This document shows positions 1-17,600 of a DNA stretch of 64,000 nucleotides, piece after piece; the first letter of the stretch is position 1; every line of letters starts with the position of its first letter. Where the stretch lies: assembly GCF_009914755.1 (NCBI RefSeq), contig NC_060948.1. One strand, given 5' to 3'. The DNA is from the human T2T-CHM13v2.0 reference genome, Homo sapiens. Made by a program: the position numbers and the translations under genes. The notes below the pieces were generated by a model, which was not told the DNA's origin, ran no database searches, and was given only the letters and a program-made list of their open reading frames with translations.

Positions 1-2489
1 TATAATTCTTAAATACCTGACTAGTAGTAGTATTTTTATATATAAGGTATTTATTTTCATTGATCATGGATTATTCCTGCACCTACCTTAATTATAATTA
101 CCAATCCAGCAAAGTTAAAATCACACTGTACCTAAAAATAGAAACAGTATTCTACTGAAGGTGATCATGCTATCATGCTGATGATGGGTTGCCATCTTTT
201 CCTCTGAAACAGCAAAGAGGTTCTGCATGTTATTCTGCCTTCAACATATGCACTTGCTAGTTTCTGTTACCATTGTTAAAAATAGATTCATTTGACAATC
301 TTTTTTTAAAAGACTTTCCATCCTAGAAAGCTTATTAGTTTTACTTTACACAACCTGATTCAGCACATACTGCTACTAAATAGATGATTTTTCACGAAAT
401 AATGCAATCAGTAATTTGTAGGAAGAACAGAAACCTAGGCCCCAGAAATCCCAAAGTAGAAATCCTCCTAGGAGTTGTAGTAATTTGGAGCTCTGTCATA
501 GTTTATTAGTGATGAAGAGATCCATACAACTTCATGGGAGGTAGTGCATCGGTGACATTGCATCTAGCAAGAATAAGAGATACTCAAGATACATGCTATT
601 TCATATTCATACCCATGAATCAGTGACACAACTCTTCAAAATGTTGTGGATCAGCTACCCACAAGACAGGGAGAATAAGATATGACTGTACACTGTGTTC
701 CAGACATTATGGATTTAATGCTTAAACACATCCAAATGAATACAGTTGGAATAATGGCTACACACTTCTGGGTAAAATAAAATGCATTGTAAACCTTAAC
801 TTTTTAGTTAAAATGTAAGTATAGTATTAACCATTATTGTTCATGCTATCTTTTAACCTCATTGCAATGAAGAGAATAGTGGATGATACACAGATCACCA
901 CTCTCCTGCCTTTTGAGTAAAACTAAAAAGGATGATTTATTTCACATTCTTAGAGAAGCAAATTAATTTTAACAACTTTTCTAGGTTTCTCATTGCCAAC
1001 TGATCACTTCTTATAAAGAAATAAAAGACAGCTTTGCTGAATTCAAAAATGATATATCAATTGGTCTCAATATTTGTCTTCTGTTTTAACTAAGGCCTTA
1101 TTCAAGGATAGTCAAGATATGCATTGCCTGTTTTTGTTTTAAGTAGGCACTATGGAGCTAGAAAAAGGTGTCTTTCTGCTCATTTAAAGGTAACAGAGGC
1201 TATCCTGGCCTTACAGAAGATCCAGGGGGCAGATTGGCCAGGAAAGCAGGGCTATGGTGTCGAGCCATTAAAGTGTTCCCCTAGGAGTGCATTAATAACA
1301 GCCAAGGCATTAGAAGGTTTCCTTCTAGAGTCATTGGCTTTGATTTTTTAAGCCATTTTTCCCCTCTTGTTATATAGAGAGACACAAATCTAGGGAAGCA
1401 ATAATTCTACTCTAGTTATTGTAGGCAGTGGTGTAAAGTCACCAGTCTTGAAAGCCGCTTGTAAATGCAGGACCCATCCCATTAAAGAGTGTTCCACTTG
1501 GGAAATATGCTGTATTATCAAAATGAGGAATTCTGTGAACTGAAACTACAGTTTAAACTCAGTGTACCAGTTCTTCCAAAGTTCAGTTATAGATTGAAGT
1601 GATGATGGTTTGTTTTATTCCAATTCATTAAAGGTCCAGTTATTCTACTACCCCCAAAAATGTATTCTAAAAACTGAAATAAAGTGATGGTACTCTTTTG
1701 GAAAAGTCCATCCCCACATCTCTGCCCATCCCCACACCAAGATTTATTTTGACAAAAATAGTTTTAATGATATGTCACTGATGGCAATCAATGTATTGAG
1801 CTGTAATGTTGTAAAGATTTATGAAGTTCCATTTAGATCCATCACTACAGTTAGAAAAGTAGTTTCATCTACATTGTTGAGAAAGAAAGTTCTTTCTAGA
1901 AAGGGGAGGTGGCTGGCAAGGTCCAGTTGAAAACATTCAGAAGACAAGAGGTGAATTAGCAAAGTGGAAAGAGATGTTGAATTAAATGTATGCAAATTTT
2001 TGATGACAAACTGCATGTAAATCATAGGTTATATATAATCCTAAAGACAGAACATTGATGGCCCTACATCAACCTTAGTGCCAGAGTAAAACAAAAGGAG
2101 ATGCGCACCACTGGGGTCTTCCCTAAAATACAAAATTCAAAAAAAAAAAAAAAAATACGTGAACATAGAAATAATAAACTGAGACTGAGAGTGAATATGG
2201 GACTGACAGTCAATATGACTATCTGGAAGTCACTGAAGAAATAAAGCTATAAAGAAAAAAAATGAACCATATTTAAAAAGCTGCAGGAACATGATCAGGT
2301 CATGCCATACAGTGCAAGTTGGGTGTACTGGTTCAGTTGAAGCCAGAACCTACAAATAATATATAGATAGCAGAGATCTACTTCCATTTACACTTCCTGC
2401 GTAACACAAATTTTGGCTTTCTCATTTAATGAAATAATACAGTAGCAGAGTTCATGCTGATGACAAGCTTTATCTTTAGCTTTTTGTGT

Positions 2490-2570
2490 CCCCTTCTTCC
2501 CTCCTTCCCTCCCTCCTTTCTTTCCTTCTTTCCTTCCTTCCTTCCCTTCTTCCTTCCTTCCTTCTTTCCT
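2490..2570. repeat. (CCTT/CTT)n polypyrimidine microsatellite
   Basis: Directly visible run cccttcttccctccttccctccctcctttc... Confidence 0.9.
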
Positions 2571-4605
2571 CGTTTTAAATTAGAAGTCCAATTGAACCAT
2601 GCCTTTTGCTTGTTTTGACCTAACAATCAGGCTTTAAAATGTTACTGATTCAACCGTAATGTCAGGTGGCCAAGGAAGAGCAGTGAATAACTCAATCTGA
2701 TTTAGTACGTCTTTGATTAGAAACTTAAGGCCATGAAATAGTATCATCTCCAGCACCCTGAGTAGAAGTAGTTCCACCACAGAAATAGGTGGTAGTTAAT
2801 TTATTTAACCACTCAGTTTTGAAGTCTTCAATAACTTAGTTGAAATAAAGATGGTGAAGTCTCCCAATAAAATGAGCTAAGACTTCAAGAACAGGCAAGG
2901 CATTGGCAATTTTGAATCGGTAAAGCTGACGTTTTGTTACTAATTTTCTCTGAGAAAATGACATGGAGCAAGATTTGAGACCATCAAAAAACAAGGAAAC
3001 AAAGGTCACTTTATTGAATTTAAATGAAGTTAGATGACTTTAAATTGATTTAAACATATTTTAAAATCTATGTCTGATTTCACAAAATTAAATTGAATGT
3101 TTTATAATAAAATAAGCTTGTTTTGAGTTTTAAAGTCACACAACCATACCCACATATTATTTTTGTTAATTAATGGAAAAGAACACAAGTTCTACCTATT
3201 GACATAGTGGCAAAATAATAAAAAGGAACACACAACTCAAATTTTTCTACACACACACAGGCATTCTAAGTGACATAGAGGGTTAATTCTATGTAGATTG
3301 CATAAAATATTTCAGTTTTGTGTCTTGTACTTGTCCTTAAAAATAAAGAATAAATACAGGCAGAATAAAAACTAACCAAAATGAAATACACATTTTTTTT
3401 AACAGAAGTCTGAACGACGTCATTGGGAAATCCACGAGGGCTAAACTTAAATGAATATACATAAGATGCTAAGAGATATGTCTTAAAGCAGTATTTGCAA
3501 AGTAAGCACACTTTTCACTTACTTTACATATGATACATTGGGCCAGAAGTGCAAGGAGAGCCACTGCTTGTCCCTACAGTCATCCTGAGTCATAGGCTAT
3601 GACAGTGATAGTGAAAATTAGATAATAGGTGTGATATAGAACATTCAGATTGAGTGCAAGATAATACACATTTGCAGACATCAGGCAGAATGCAAATGTT
3701 CCACATTTGCAGCTACTATTGTTTTTCTGAAAAACAAAGTTTATAAATGCTGGGAAAAGTAAGCTATACCATTATAGATCTAAGACATCTGGAGAAGGAA
3801 ACTCATTATACACCACAAGTCTTGACAGCTGGAACTTCATTGATAGCTCATGCAAGCATTCCCCTATGGTGACTACGTTTACCAATACTGTACTGTATAG
3901 TTAAAAAACTTGCTCAGAGAGTAAAGCTTTATTGTTGTCACCCAAAACAAACAAAAAATACCCTAAACAGATACCAAACACAATTAAATTATCTTAAAGG
4001 ATACTAGAAATAAATGACAAGTTCTGTGTACACGAATGGCATTTACATGAGCAAGAAGTTTCTAAAAAGCAACAATTAAACATAAAGTAGCAGGATTTTT
4101 TCAAGCCATGATCTAAAATAATATATTTTAAAAAACTATCGTTAAAGTTTGAGTGTGAAATAAAGATACTTTATGATATACAAAACTTGAAAGGACGTAG
4201 TACAGAGAGTTTGCTTGCTGAAGTAATTTGTTAAGGTTAAGTTTGAGGAAAGAGGAAATTTCACACAAAAAGAAAAATTTAAGAACTAAAGTGAGTAAAC
4301 AAATTAATAAAGAAGAACATATTCCTAAGCTAGCAATAACAATGTAAACAATAACACTAACAATGAGTAATTAAGCATATGGTTAAGGTGCACCTAAAAT
4401 TCTAAACAATATGATTCGAATTTAATTACAATTTAATTGATAGAGTTTATGAGAACAAACAAAATTATAAGCCATATAAAAATGAATGTAGTAAAAACTG
4501 AAAATGTTCAAGTAAAAGTTTTAAATTTTATTGAAGGGCAAAATAAATGAAAGCCAAAATACACATAAAAACGTGTGCTGGGCAATTGTTAAAAAATCTT
4601 CACAT

Positions 4606-6310
4606 GATGAAGGACCTCTTCAAGGAGAACTACAAACCACTGCTCAATGAAATAAAAGAGGATGCAAACAAATGGAAGAACATACCATGCTCATGGATAG
4701 GAAGAATCAATATCATGAAAATGGCCACACTGCCCAAGGTAATTTATATATTCAATGCCATCCCCATCAAGCTACCAATGACTTTCTTCACAGAATTGCA
4801 AAAAACTATTTTAAAGTTCATGTGGAACAAAAAAAAAGCCCAAATTGTCAAGACAACCCAAAGCCAAAATAACAAAGCTGGAGGCATCACGCTACCTGAC
4901 TTCAAACTATGCTACAAGGCTACAGTAACCAAAACAGCATGGTACTGGTACCAAAACAGAGATACAGACCAATGGAACAGAACAGAGCCCTTGAAAATAA
5001 TACCACACATATACAACCATATGAACTTTGACAAACCTGACAAAAACAAGAAATGGGGAAAGGATTCCCTATTTAATAAATGATGTGGGGAAAACTGGCT
5101 AGCCATATGTAGAAAGCTGAAACTGGATCCTTTCCTTATACCTTACATAGAAATTATTTCAAGATGGATTAAAGACTTAAATGTTAGACCTAAAACCATA
5201 AAAACTCTAGAAAAAAACCTAGGCAATACCATTCAGGACATAGGCATGGGCAAGGACTTCATATCTAAAACAACAAAAGCAATGGCAACAAAAGCCAAAA
5301 TTGACAAATGGGATCTAATTAAACTAAAGGGCTTCTGCACAGCAAAAGAAACTACCACCAGAGTGAGCAGGCAACCTACAGAGTGGGAGAAAACTTTTAC
5401 AATCTACCCATCTGACAAATGGCTAATATCCAGAATATACAAAGATCTCAAACAAATTTACAAGAAAAAAGCAAACAACTCCATCAAAAAGTCAGCAAAG
5501 GATATGAACAGACACTTCTCAAAAGAAGACATTTATGCAGCCAAAAAACACATGAAAAAATGCTCACTATCACTGGCCATCAGAGAAATGCAAATCAAAA
5601 CCACAATGAGATACCGTCTCACACCAGTTAGAATGGTGATCATTAAAAAGTCAGGAAACAACAGGTGCTGGAGAGGATGTGGAGAAACAGGAACACCTTC
5701 ACACTGTTGGTGGTACTGTAAACTAGTTCAACCATTCTGGAAGACAGTGTGGCGATTCCTCAAGGATCTAGATCTGGAAATACCATTTGATCCAGCCATA
5801 CCATTACTGGGTATATACCCAAAGGATTATAAATCATGATGCTGTAAAGATACATGCACACGTATGTTCATTGCAGCACTATTCACAATAGCAAAGACTT
5901 GGAACCAACCCAAATGTCCATCAATGATAGACTGGATTAAGAAAATGTGGCACATAAACACCATGGAATACTATGCAGCCATAAAAAATGATGAGTTCAT
6001 GTCATTTGTAGGGACATGGATGAAGCTGGAAACTGTCATTCTGAGCAAACTATCGTAAGGACAAAAAACCAGACACCGCATGTTCTCACTCATAGGTGGG
6101 AATTGAACAATGAGAACACTTGTACACAGAGTAGGGAACATCACACGCTGGAGCCTGTCATGGGTTGGGGGGAGTGGGGAGGGATAGCATTAGGTGATAT
6201 ACCCAATGTAAATGACGAGTTAATGGGTGCAGCACACCAACATGGCACATGTATACGTATGTAACAAACTTGCACATTGTGCACATGTACCCTAGAACTT
6301 AAAGTATAAT
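4606..6310 (+). mobile_element. 5'-truncated L1PA (about L1PA4-5 type): 3' ORF2 plus 3'UTR
   Basis: ORF2 C-terminal peptides ([12 protein letters not shown]...WYWYQNR...RCWRGCGE) with stops; 3' end gtaccctagaacttaaagtataat; 17-bp direct repeat ttaaaaaatcttcacat at 4589-4605 and 6311-6327 (TT/AAAA target site). Confidence 0.96.
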
Positions 6311-6512
6311 TTAAAAAATCTTCACATAAGATGTCTCTTTCTATATTAAAATATAAATTCAGGAAATGATAATTACAGCAAGATGCTTCATGCTCATTGA
6401 CAAGCTGATTCTAAATATGGAATTGAAACGGGATGGGACTCATACAGGCAAATTTTGTAGTAAGTGCAGGAGAACAATGGTATGGAAGAGGAAGATGGAA
6501 AAAGAGGACTCT

Positions 6513-6807
<295 letters not shown>

Positions 6808-6819
6808 GAGGACTCTGTT

Positions 6820-8282
<1,463 letters not shown>

Positions 8283-8290
<8 letters not shown>

Positions 8291-8865
8291 CTGTATATCC
8301 ACTGTATATATATATAATATATATCCACTGTATATACACTATACATCAACTGTATATATATACTATATACACTGTATATATACTATATATCCACTGTATA
8401 TATACTATATATCCACTGTATATATATACTATATATCCACTGTATATATATACTATATATCCACTGTATATATATACTATATATCCACTGTATATATATA
8501 CTATATATCCACTGTATATATATACTGTATATCCACTGTATATATATACTGTATATCCACTGTATATATACTATATACAGTGTATATATACTATATATAC
8601 TGTATATATACAGTGTATACGGTATATATATACAGTATATACAGTGTATATATATACAGTGGATATATAGTGTATATATACTGTATATACACTGTATATA
8701 TACTATATACTGTATATATACTATATATACAGTATTTATACAATATATACACTATATATACAGTGGATATATAGTATATATAGTGTATATAGTATATATA
8801 TAGTGTATATAGTATATAGAGTGTATATACTATATATATACAGTGTATATATATTATATATATAC
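8283..8865. repeat. TA-rich minisatellite (22-bp unit tatatccactgtatatatatac, then reverse-complement-like units)
   Basis: Directly visible tandem units; source of the 8265..8774 low-complexity ORF. Confidence 0.95.
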
Positions 8866-9075
8866 TATTTCTTTAGAGGCATTTAAAGAGTATATAAGTA
8901 TGTAAATATTTCATACCAAATGTATCCCCTTGCAATTCAGTTTTCAAACATGTTATCGTTTAGAAATTGCAAATGTTTATATGGACAGTTCTATTTCATT
9001 CATTTTAACCACTGTATTTTAATCCATTATGTGAAAGAAAAGTGATTTTTCATACATACCCTCCGTTGAAAGAGA

Positions 9076-9635
9076 TATACTATGTATCTCTTTTATAGTA
9101 TACTATATAGTATAAGATATACTATATATACACTGTATATATACTATATATGCTGTATATATACACTATATTTACTGTATACATACACTATATATACTGT
9201 ATACATACACTATATATACTGTATATATACTGTATAAATATACTATATATACTGTATATATACACTCTATACTGTATACATATACTATATACACTGTATA
9301 CATACTATATATACTGTATATATACTTCATACTGTATACATACTATATATACTGTATATATACTTTATACTGTATATACTGTATGTATGTAATATATACT
9401 GTATATATGTATACTGTATATATACACTATATACTATAATATATATAGTATATGTACGGTATATATAGTGTATATATACAGTATACATATTATATACACT
9501 GTATATATTACATACATACAGTATATACAGTATATAGTATATATACTGTGTATATAGTATATATACAGTATATATAGTATATACTGTATATATAGTGTAT
9601 ATAATATATACTGTATATATACTGTATATATGGAT
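9076..9635. repeat. Second TA-rich micro/minisatellite (tatatactg / cagtatata)
   Basis: Directly visible. Confidence 0.93.
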
Positions 9636-9869
9636 AAATATTTACTGTATAAAACATGATGTGGGAGAATTACATGCAAAATTCAGGACAATGATTACCT
9701 ATGGAGAGAAAGAAGGAAGAAAGGATGGAGGTGTTGTAGAGCCTTCAATACTCTCACAATATTTATTTACTTTTTCAACTCCTAAGAGAGATTAACTGAC
9801 ATGGAAAAATGTTAACATTTAATTATTGCATTATATTTCATAAAGACATACCTTCCCTAGTATGCAGCA

Positions 9870-10040
9870 GTTACTGTTGTACATGCTTTACAAATATTAC
9901 TTGATTTAATTTTAATGGTAAAACCTGTGAGGTAGTATTAATATAACACTCATTTCCTAGATTACAAGACTAAGGTGAAGAAAGTTTAAATGGCTTGCAC
10001 AAATTCACATAGAGCTAGATTTGAAGCCAGGTATGTCTGT
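9870..10040. mobile_element. MIR fragment
   Basis: cctgtgaggtagtatta...actaagg...aaatggcttgcacaaattcacatag...gatttgaagccagg resembles the MIR core. Confidence 0.7.
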
Positions 10041-10277
10041 GGTCTATTGATATGATGCCCTTTCTTGCATGGCTCATTTCTTCAACATCAATAGTACATG
10101 TAGGTGGATATTTCCAATATATTTTTTCATACTTTGGGATTTTCTGAAAATTATCACAATTAAAATCAAACACTTAGAAATCCAGGAAATTCTGCTTGCC
10201 ACTATTCGGTGACGAAAGGACCACATATATGTAGAAAGCCGGTTGTTAGAAATAAGTCCCAACATAACAATAATTAT

Positions 10278-10837
10278 TGATAGAGCAGGAGCACTGGCAT
10301 CTTGGACAAACACCACCACTTTAAATTCTGTCTCCTTTTGTGGCCTCATGCATTTCATGGAAATCACTTATCTTCTGACTACAAGCAGCTAAAAAGAGCA
10401 GACAGTAAAACACAAATAAGACAACTCAGCACAGAGGGAGGTGAAGGGAAAGTCTGTTGAGTAAATGTCAAACTTCGCCTCATACAATGGGCCCCAGTAA
10501 AACAGTGGGCCTTATTAAGTACACTCCTTTCCCTTCAGGTGCACCAAGTTAGGGAAGCTAAAAGTGGAATGCGGGGATAAGCCTGCAGCTGCAGAAAGAT
10601 GTATGGGAACAGGTACACAACTCTCCCTCCCAAACAAGCACAACAGAGACACAGAAGTAGTCCAAGCCTCTGATAAACTCTCCCACCCTTAATCTGTAAA
10701 AACTCTTAGTCCCTAAGAAAGTGTGTCTCTGACCTAACTCAGCCAGAAGGTGCCCTCTCAGGTTTGTTTTCTCTAAAATAAGTCTGTCCTTACTGGTGAG
10801 CCACCTTTTCTTCTTTCTTCTCTGTTTATTTCTTACA
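10278..10837 (+). mobile_element. Solo ERV LTR (LTR9-like) inserted in an old L1 ORF2 5' region
   Basis: TG...CA termini (tgatagagcaggagc...ttcttaca); 5-bp flanks attat/atcat; the flanks rejoin into an L1 ORF2 start motif. Confidence 0.75.
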
Positions 10838-11189
10838 ATCATAATAAATGTAAATGATCTAAACTCACTCATTAAATATCAGCTAAATAATACTTGCAAG
10901 AGAGAAGCCTAATGCATAAAGCACATGGGGACTGAAAATAAAAGGATAGGAGCAAATAAACTAGGTAAATGCTAATCAATAGAAAGATGATATATTTATA
11001 TTAATTTTATAAAAACTAAGCTTTTATACAAGAAAATATATATTTTTAAGAATAGAGAAGGCCACTGCTTCATGGAAGTCTCTCTTCAACAAGGGGTTAG
11101 TTACTTAAAATGTGTGTGCACCTAATAAAATTAGCACACATATCTAATAAAAAAGGATATAATTTCAGGGATTTTTTTTTTACTCTACT

Positions 11190-11721
11190 CATATGGTAAT
11201 TTTATGTGTCAGTCTGACTGCGCAAGTGTGCACCCAGATGTGTGGTCAGGCATTATTCTGTTGTGTCTGTGGGGGTGTTTCTGGATGAGATTAACGTTTT
11301 AGATAATGAGTAAAGAAAGATATAAGACTTGGGTAGAACAAAAAGGATAAAATAAAGGGGACTACTTCCTGCCTAATTGTATTTGAGCTGAGGCTTTGAA
11401 TTCTTCTGCCATTAGATTCAAACTAAAACCTTGGCTCTTCCCAGATCTCAAGGTTGTCACCCTTCAAACTGGAAACACACCATTAGCCATCCTGGTTCTC
11501 TGGCCTTTGGTATCAGACTATAACTATACTATCAATACTCCTGGGTCTCCAAATTGCCAACTGTGTTTATTAGAACTTGCCAGCCTTCCTAACTGCAGGA
11601 ATCTATATATTTGTGTGTGTGTGTGTATGTGTGTGTATTTGTGGGCATCTGTGTGTATATACACACACACATATATGCATTGTATTTATTTCTGCCACTG
11701 TGGAGAATCCAGAAGAATATA
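11190..11721 (+). mobile_element. MLT2 (ERVL) LTR with internal (TG)n/(CA)n
   Basis: ggtaattttatgtgtcagtctgactg...gtgtttctggatgagattaac start and tggagaatcc...aatata end match the MLT2 pattern. Confidence 0.8.
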
Positions 11722-13799
11722 ACTTCCAAAATGGGTGATTTCAATAAAAATTTTTTGGAGATTGATAGGTCAGGTTTACAAAAAGAAAACATTAAAAACA
11801 AGTCTTGAAAAATTAAGTAAACATTCTAATAGAAACATATCAACTTCTAAGTACTATAATTAGAGAAAAACAATATTCCCAAACACAAATGAAACTTCAC
11901 TATTACCATTTTACATTTGGTCACATGATAGTATGTAAGCAAGTCTTAACAAATGTCAAATAATCACTGTCATAAACACCACAATTCTTTGACCTCATGC
12001 AATTAGGTTTAAGTAAGTTACAAATGATTTTTTTCAGTCACTGTTTACTGGAAAAATGAAAAATAAAAAACACACAAGAAAGCAGTTCTCATGAATCTTT
12101 TGGATCTATACATCAAAAGAATATTAAAATGTACTCACATATGTATAGAAAGATGTCTGTGTAAGATCTTACTGTTTTTCTTTGTTGTTGTAGCAAAAGC
12201 CTCGAAATGACATAGTTGTTCAACATGAAATAAGGAACTTCTTTAGTACAGTATTTTGCCTCCAGAAGATGGTATGTGATAGCTGTTAGTGTTATTAGAG
12301 AACAAATTTGCTCTTTGTTGATAAAGTAGGATTAGGATAAATAAGGTAGCTACAGAACAGCACATAGAGTATACACTCACTTTAACTTTAAAATTCTGTT
12401 TTTATATATATATCTGAGAAATTGAACAAACTTCTATTAGGGACAACTGCAGAATGCAAAATTATACATCTGGGCTCACGTACTCTGTTTTGTTGTCTAA
12501 TTTGTTTTTTTCATCTCCTCTATGCATTTACAACTTAAAAATACTATTTAAAATGTAGAATGAATCAAAGAAACCCAGTCTAAAAGTACATCTTCTAAAA
12601 TGTTGTCAAATGGCTTTCAGATCCTTGCACAAGTGACTTTTTCCTTTGGTTTTAGCACTGGCATGTGCATTGGAATACTCTTCAATAAAATTCATCCTTG
12701 TGAAAGTATACCATATGGTGTCATCAGTAAATTACTGTAAAAAGGATAATTGGATTTTGAAACCATAATTCTCTGGACTAAAGACACTGGGTGCCATGGA
12801 AAGGAAAGGAGACACCTGGAAATGAGAAGGTAAGCTAAAGACACTGATACTTCCTAGGTCTGACAACAAAATTTCAGGTTGAGACTTCACCGAATGATCT
12901 TAAAATTCTTGAAAGATTTCCTGCAGGCCCTATTTCTCCAGATAAGAATGTCAAGCTCTGCAATATTCTTCATTGTAATACCTGGTCTGAAGGGAAAAAT
13001 GATTGAGGTTCTGGGGAAAGTGAATAGAGAACTCTGAGGAAAGCAATGGTTAACATAGTCCTCAAACTTAAAAGCACCAAATTTACATAAGCATAATTTT
13101 TTAAAAGCCAGCATAATTTTAATTTTATTATAGTCATCACCTGCAGACACTGTTTATTTTGGGGAAGTGAATACAGAAATCTGAAAAATCAAAGCCTGAT
13201 GAGAATACTTAAATTAAGCACACTCCAGATGCCCAAATCTGAAAAGCAAAGGTGTTTCTCATATAACAGCCCAAATTCTGCATTTCTTCTCTATTGGGCA
13301 GTGTAATATTGCACATATGAAAAACAAATGGAGCATTAAGTAAAAAATAATGTATTAAGAGGAGTCATTGCTTAGTGAGTGAAAAACGACACACAAATAC
13401 ATTGAGAAGAAAAGGAAGACAGTGATAAAAAATATACTATTGATTTATATCAGAATAATTTTTATTTTGTTTATTGCCATTAAATAGTACCATTACAATA
13501 ATACAATTTTGTATATTGACTTCTGACATGTGTGTGATTTTTATTTTGTGTATTTGGAAACCTGATCAAGGTTTTTTTAGATATTTCATTTTTTTCCCAA
13601 ATTTGCTACCTAATAGGTACCTAATGCTAGTTGCCTGAATACCTCTCACTAAGTCGTTTGTCTTTTCCTATTACTTTTAATATGAACTTGGTGTGTATTT
13701 CGTTGGCATCTTTACTAAATCTACCGGTGTTGAAGTTGTTCAGAATTCAGTCTTGGATCCTCTTGGGTTTTCTCAAGGCTAAAACACCCTTTCTATGCC

Positions 13800-14080
13800 G
13801 ACCATTAAGAAATTGCCAACTTCAGGCCAGATCTTTGTTCTACCTTCAGACTTGGCATATCCAACTGCATGCCTTACATCTCCACATACCAAACCAGACC
13901 TTCTTTTCATCCCCAAAACATGTTTCCTCTTACAGTATTCCACTATTTCAGAAATTCACAGCACCAGATACCCTTTATTTCAAGCTAGAAATGTAGAGGA
14001 TGATCCTTGAGGCAGCCTCTTCTCAATGACTCTTCATCATTTACATCCAACACTTCACAGGTTGTGTGTCCTCTACAAAA
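13800..14080 (+). mobile_element. L2 fragment
   Basis: catatccaactgc...acatctccac...caagctagaaa...atccttga motifs typical of the L2 3' region. Confidence 0.6.
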
Positions 14081-14275
14081 ATTATATAGTCTTAGTAAAT
14101 AAAGACGGGCCCCTAAACAACCTTCAATCATCCACTTTTTTTTTTTCAATTCATGTCGTTTTCTTTATGGAACAGCTGGAGTTCTGCAAAGTCAATGTTG
14201 GAATAAGTACCATTCTCTGCCAGTATTACTATTTTCTTTATCACGAGATAAATGTTCCTCAAAAATGCCCACACA

Positions 14276-14616
<341 letters not shown>

Positions 14617-17600
14617 CTAAGTAACAAAATTAAATAACGTCTTTCTTTTATAGAAAAGTGTAAGGCAAACAGAATCAATTGTTATTATATGATCTTTATA
14701 ACTACACACACAGGTACTAGATATTTTAGACCCCACTTCATACATCTGAAATTTGGGTCTCAAAATAGTTAGCTTATCTTAAAGTCTAATGTCATTTTAC
14801 AGAACTGCCTCTTTCCACAATATTGTGCTATCTCCCTTTAAGAACCAGCTGGGGAATCATTAAGAATAAAAAATGTCATTTTCTTGAACATCTCCAAGGT
14901 GAGCCAAAAATCTAAATTTTCTGTGGCGATGTTGTCATGTGCAATTTCACCAAAACTTTTACAAATTTAACCACAGTTATGCCTCAGTGGCCTACCCGTT
15001 TATCCAATACCCGCACACCTGCTTTAACACAGAAAAATTTGGAAGTTAATACAAGTATTAACTCTTATCATTATAGACACTGACATCTGAAGATGCTTTC
15101 CGATCTTCCATGAATATGTGAAATACAAAATGTCAGTAGTCTCCAAAATGTGAACGTAATCTTAGTAGAAGTGGATCATCTACAGAAGGTAATTTTGCCA
15201 CAGTGGTCAAATATTTTTGTTAAATACTCCTGTTTTACAGACATGCATAGCATTAACTGACACACAGTGTATAGCTAGAAACATGTTCTTAAGGAAAATG
15301 TTCAGAAACAGATTTCTTACTTTTTTGCTAAATTGCAAACTAACAGGTTAATAACTGCTGTGAAGTGCTAGATAGTTGGAGTAGTATTTACCAAGAATGA
15401 GAAAGAAGATAGGGGCATATGATTGAGAAGGTGGGAGTGAGGAAAAGAAAAGGTATTTATTCCTGACTCCTCACTTGATGTTGTTTATTTTCATTTTGTT
15501 GTTGTTATTGTTTTACTTTATCTTATGTGTCAGACCAGAGTTTCACAAACATCCCCAAATAATTACGTGGGTCATAAAAATATATCCAGATACTTCTCGT
15601 TATTTTCCTTCAAAATCCTGGTTCAATCATTTGAAATGAGACCTGGAGAACCAGTAATTCTATCAAGTATGATAAGTGATTGTTACCAAAATGACTATTG
15701 TGAAATATTTAGAAAACCATGCAGGAGCTAGGTAATCAACATGTAATAATTGGTTCTTACTGTAGGATAAAGGATTTTATTGAAATGACTATTCAAATTT
15801 AGGTTTTATGAAAAAGAAAACTTGAGCACTTTAGTGCTTTCTAATTAGTATGTTTAAAATACCTTTTGCTAAAGTGGCAATTTTTTTTTTTCATTAGAAG
15901 TTAGCATTATGGCCACAAATGCCTTCTGAGTTAGCTTTTTGAAAATCTTCAGATCCTAAATTCTAAAAATTATCTTGGGGGTTTATAAAACTCCAGAAAA
16001 CCACTAAGAAAAATATACATAAAAATACCAGTATCCAAAACATCAAAATAACTCTTACAAGTAGATAAGAAAATATGTAGACAATCTAGCCCAGTAGAAG
16101 AAAGCAGGACAGGTAAATAAATCCATTTTAGAAAAGAGGAAAGTCACATGACCAATGAAGAATGGGTAGATGCTTGAGCTCATTAGTAATCTGGGCGTAT
16201 CAATCAAAACCACATTATGTTCCAACTTTTGTTCATTAGCTTGGCAACAAAATAATAATACCAAGTGTAGTCAAGGGTGTAAGGAATGGTAATTTGGTTC
16301 CATCAATCACAGGACTATCTAATGATATTTGGTGAAATTAGGGTGACTAAAACTTTTATTGCTCCAATGGAAACTTTTTTTAGAATAAAGAGTAAAAACA
16401 TATACAAAATTATTTAATATTTATTATATGATTTCCTTACAGGCAATTTTTTTATTATATCAATGAATCTATAAAATAGTTATCTTCTAACTATTTTTGA
16501 AAATTAAATCCCTTCAAAAATTTAAAACCACAATTACATATCTTGAGGCAAAGTAGAAAAATAACTTCTTTATATTTATTATTTAAATATTAAAAATAGT
16601 AGGCAGAATAATTATTCTAGAACATATTTATATGAATTAATCTGTTTCTTAACAATAATTATCTGTAGTTCTTTTCTGGAAAATGCATGTGTTTTAATAT
16701 TATATTGATTTTTAAATAAAGTTACTTGCAAGCTTTTCCAAAGTTGCTTCTTCTTGTCACCAATAAAAGTTATTTTAGCTTTTTAAGTGAAGTTTAAATA
16801 AATTTATCATATTCAATGTTTTTTTTCTGGCACAATAATATATCCACAGCTTTATTTTGGACCCAATGATTGATTAAATATTCAAAACACTTTTTAATGT
16901 AATTTACCTCTTTGAAACATCTAAATGGCATTATTCAACTCTTGTAATTTCTTCTGGAGCTAATGGAGCTAACATGTTAACAATTACTGATGCATATTTC
17001 TTAAGTGTAGGAAAATTGGAATTAAAAATATACACAATTGATTTTAAAAAATTGTAATGTGATGTAAATAAAAAGCCAAGCATCTCGGAATTATATGCTT
17101 AATTTTTCCAAATTCACATAATAAACCTGTGAAAATGTCATCTTCAGGCATAGTTTTCTTAATGTAACTAAGTATTACCTTTTGAAATAGCAGCTGCTTT
17201 TTCCCCTCAGACCTCTATATTCTGGATTTCGGGATATCACTTTTAGCCTTGTGGTCCCAACATAGACTACCAGACTTTATGATTACACCATGTGTTTATT
17301 GACACTTTTCAACCTATAATCTGATTGAAAGGGAAACTGAGTAGTTTAATTAAATATCTACTTGCATTTTTAGGCCATTGCTGCTGAAACAGAGTTTTTT
17401 TAAAAATAGTCATTAGCAAACAGGCCATAAGTAAATAGTTGTAGGTATATGAGAGATGACAAAAACACTATGGCCAGACCAATTAACTACTCTCTGTGTG
17501 CTCAGCTTCTATTTCCAGCACAAAATTTACATATATGTACCTATTATTTCCTTCATTTTCCCCAAACCCGCCATATGATGACCTGGCAGTGTCACGTAAG

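Noticed and set aside
4547-6058. Long ORFs (178 and 197 aa)
   Set aside because: Interrupted L1 ORF2 fragments of a 5'-truncated element, not a gene
12887-13150. Possible minus-strand exon (pyrimidine tract + AG near 12985)
   Set aside because: Weak donor, no recognisable peptide and no partner exons
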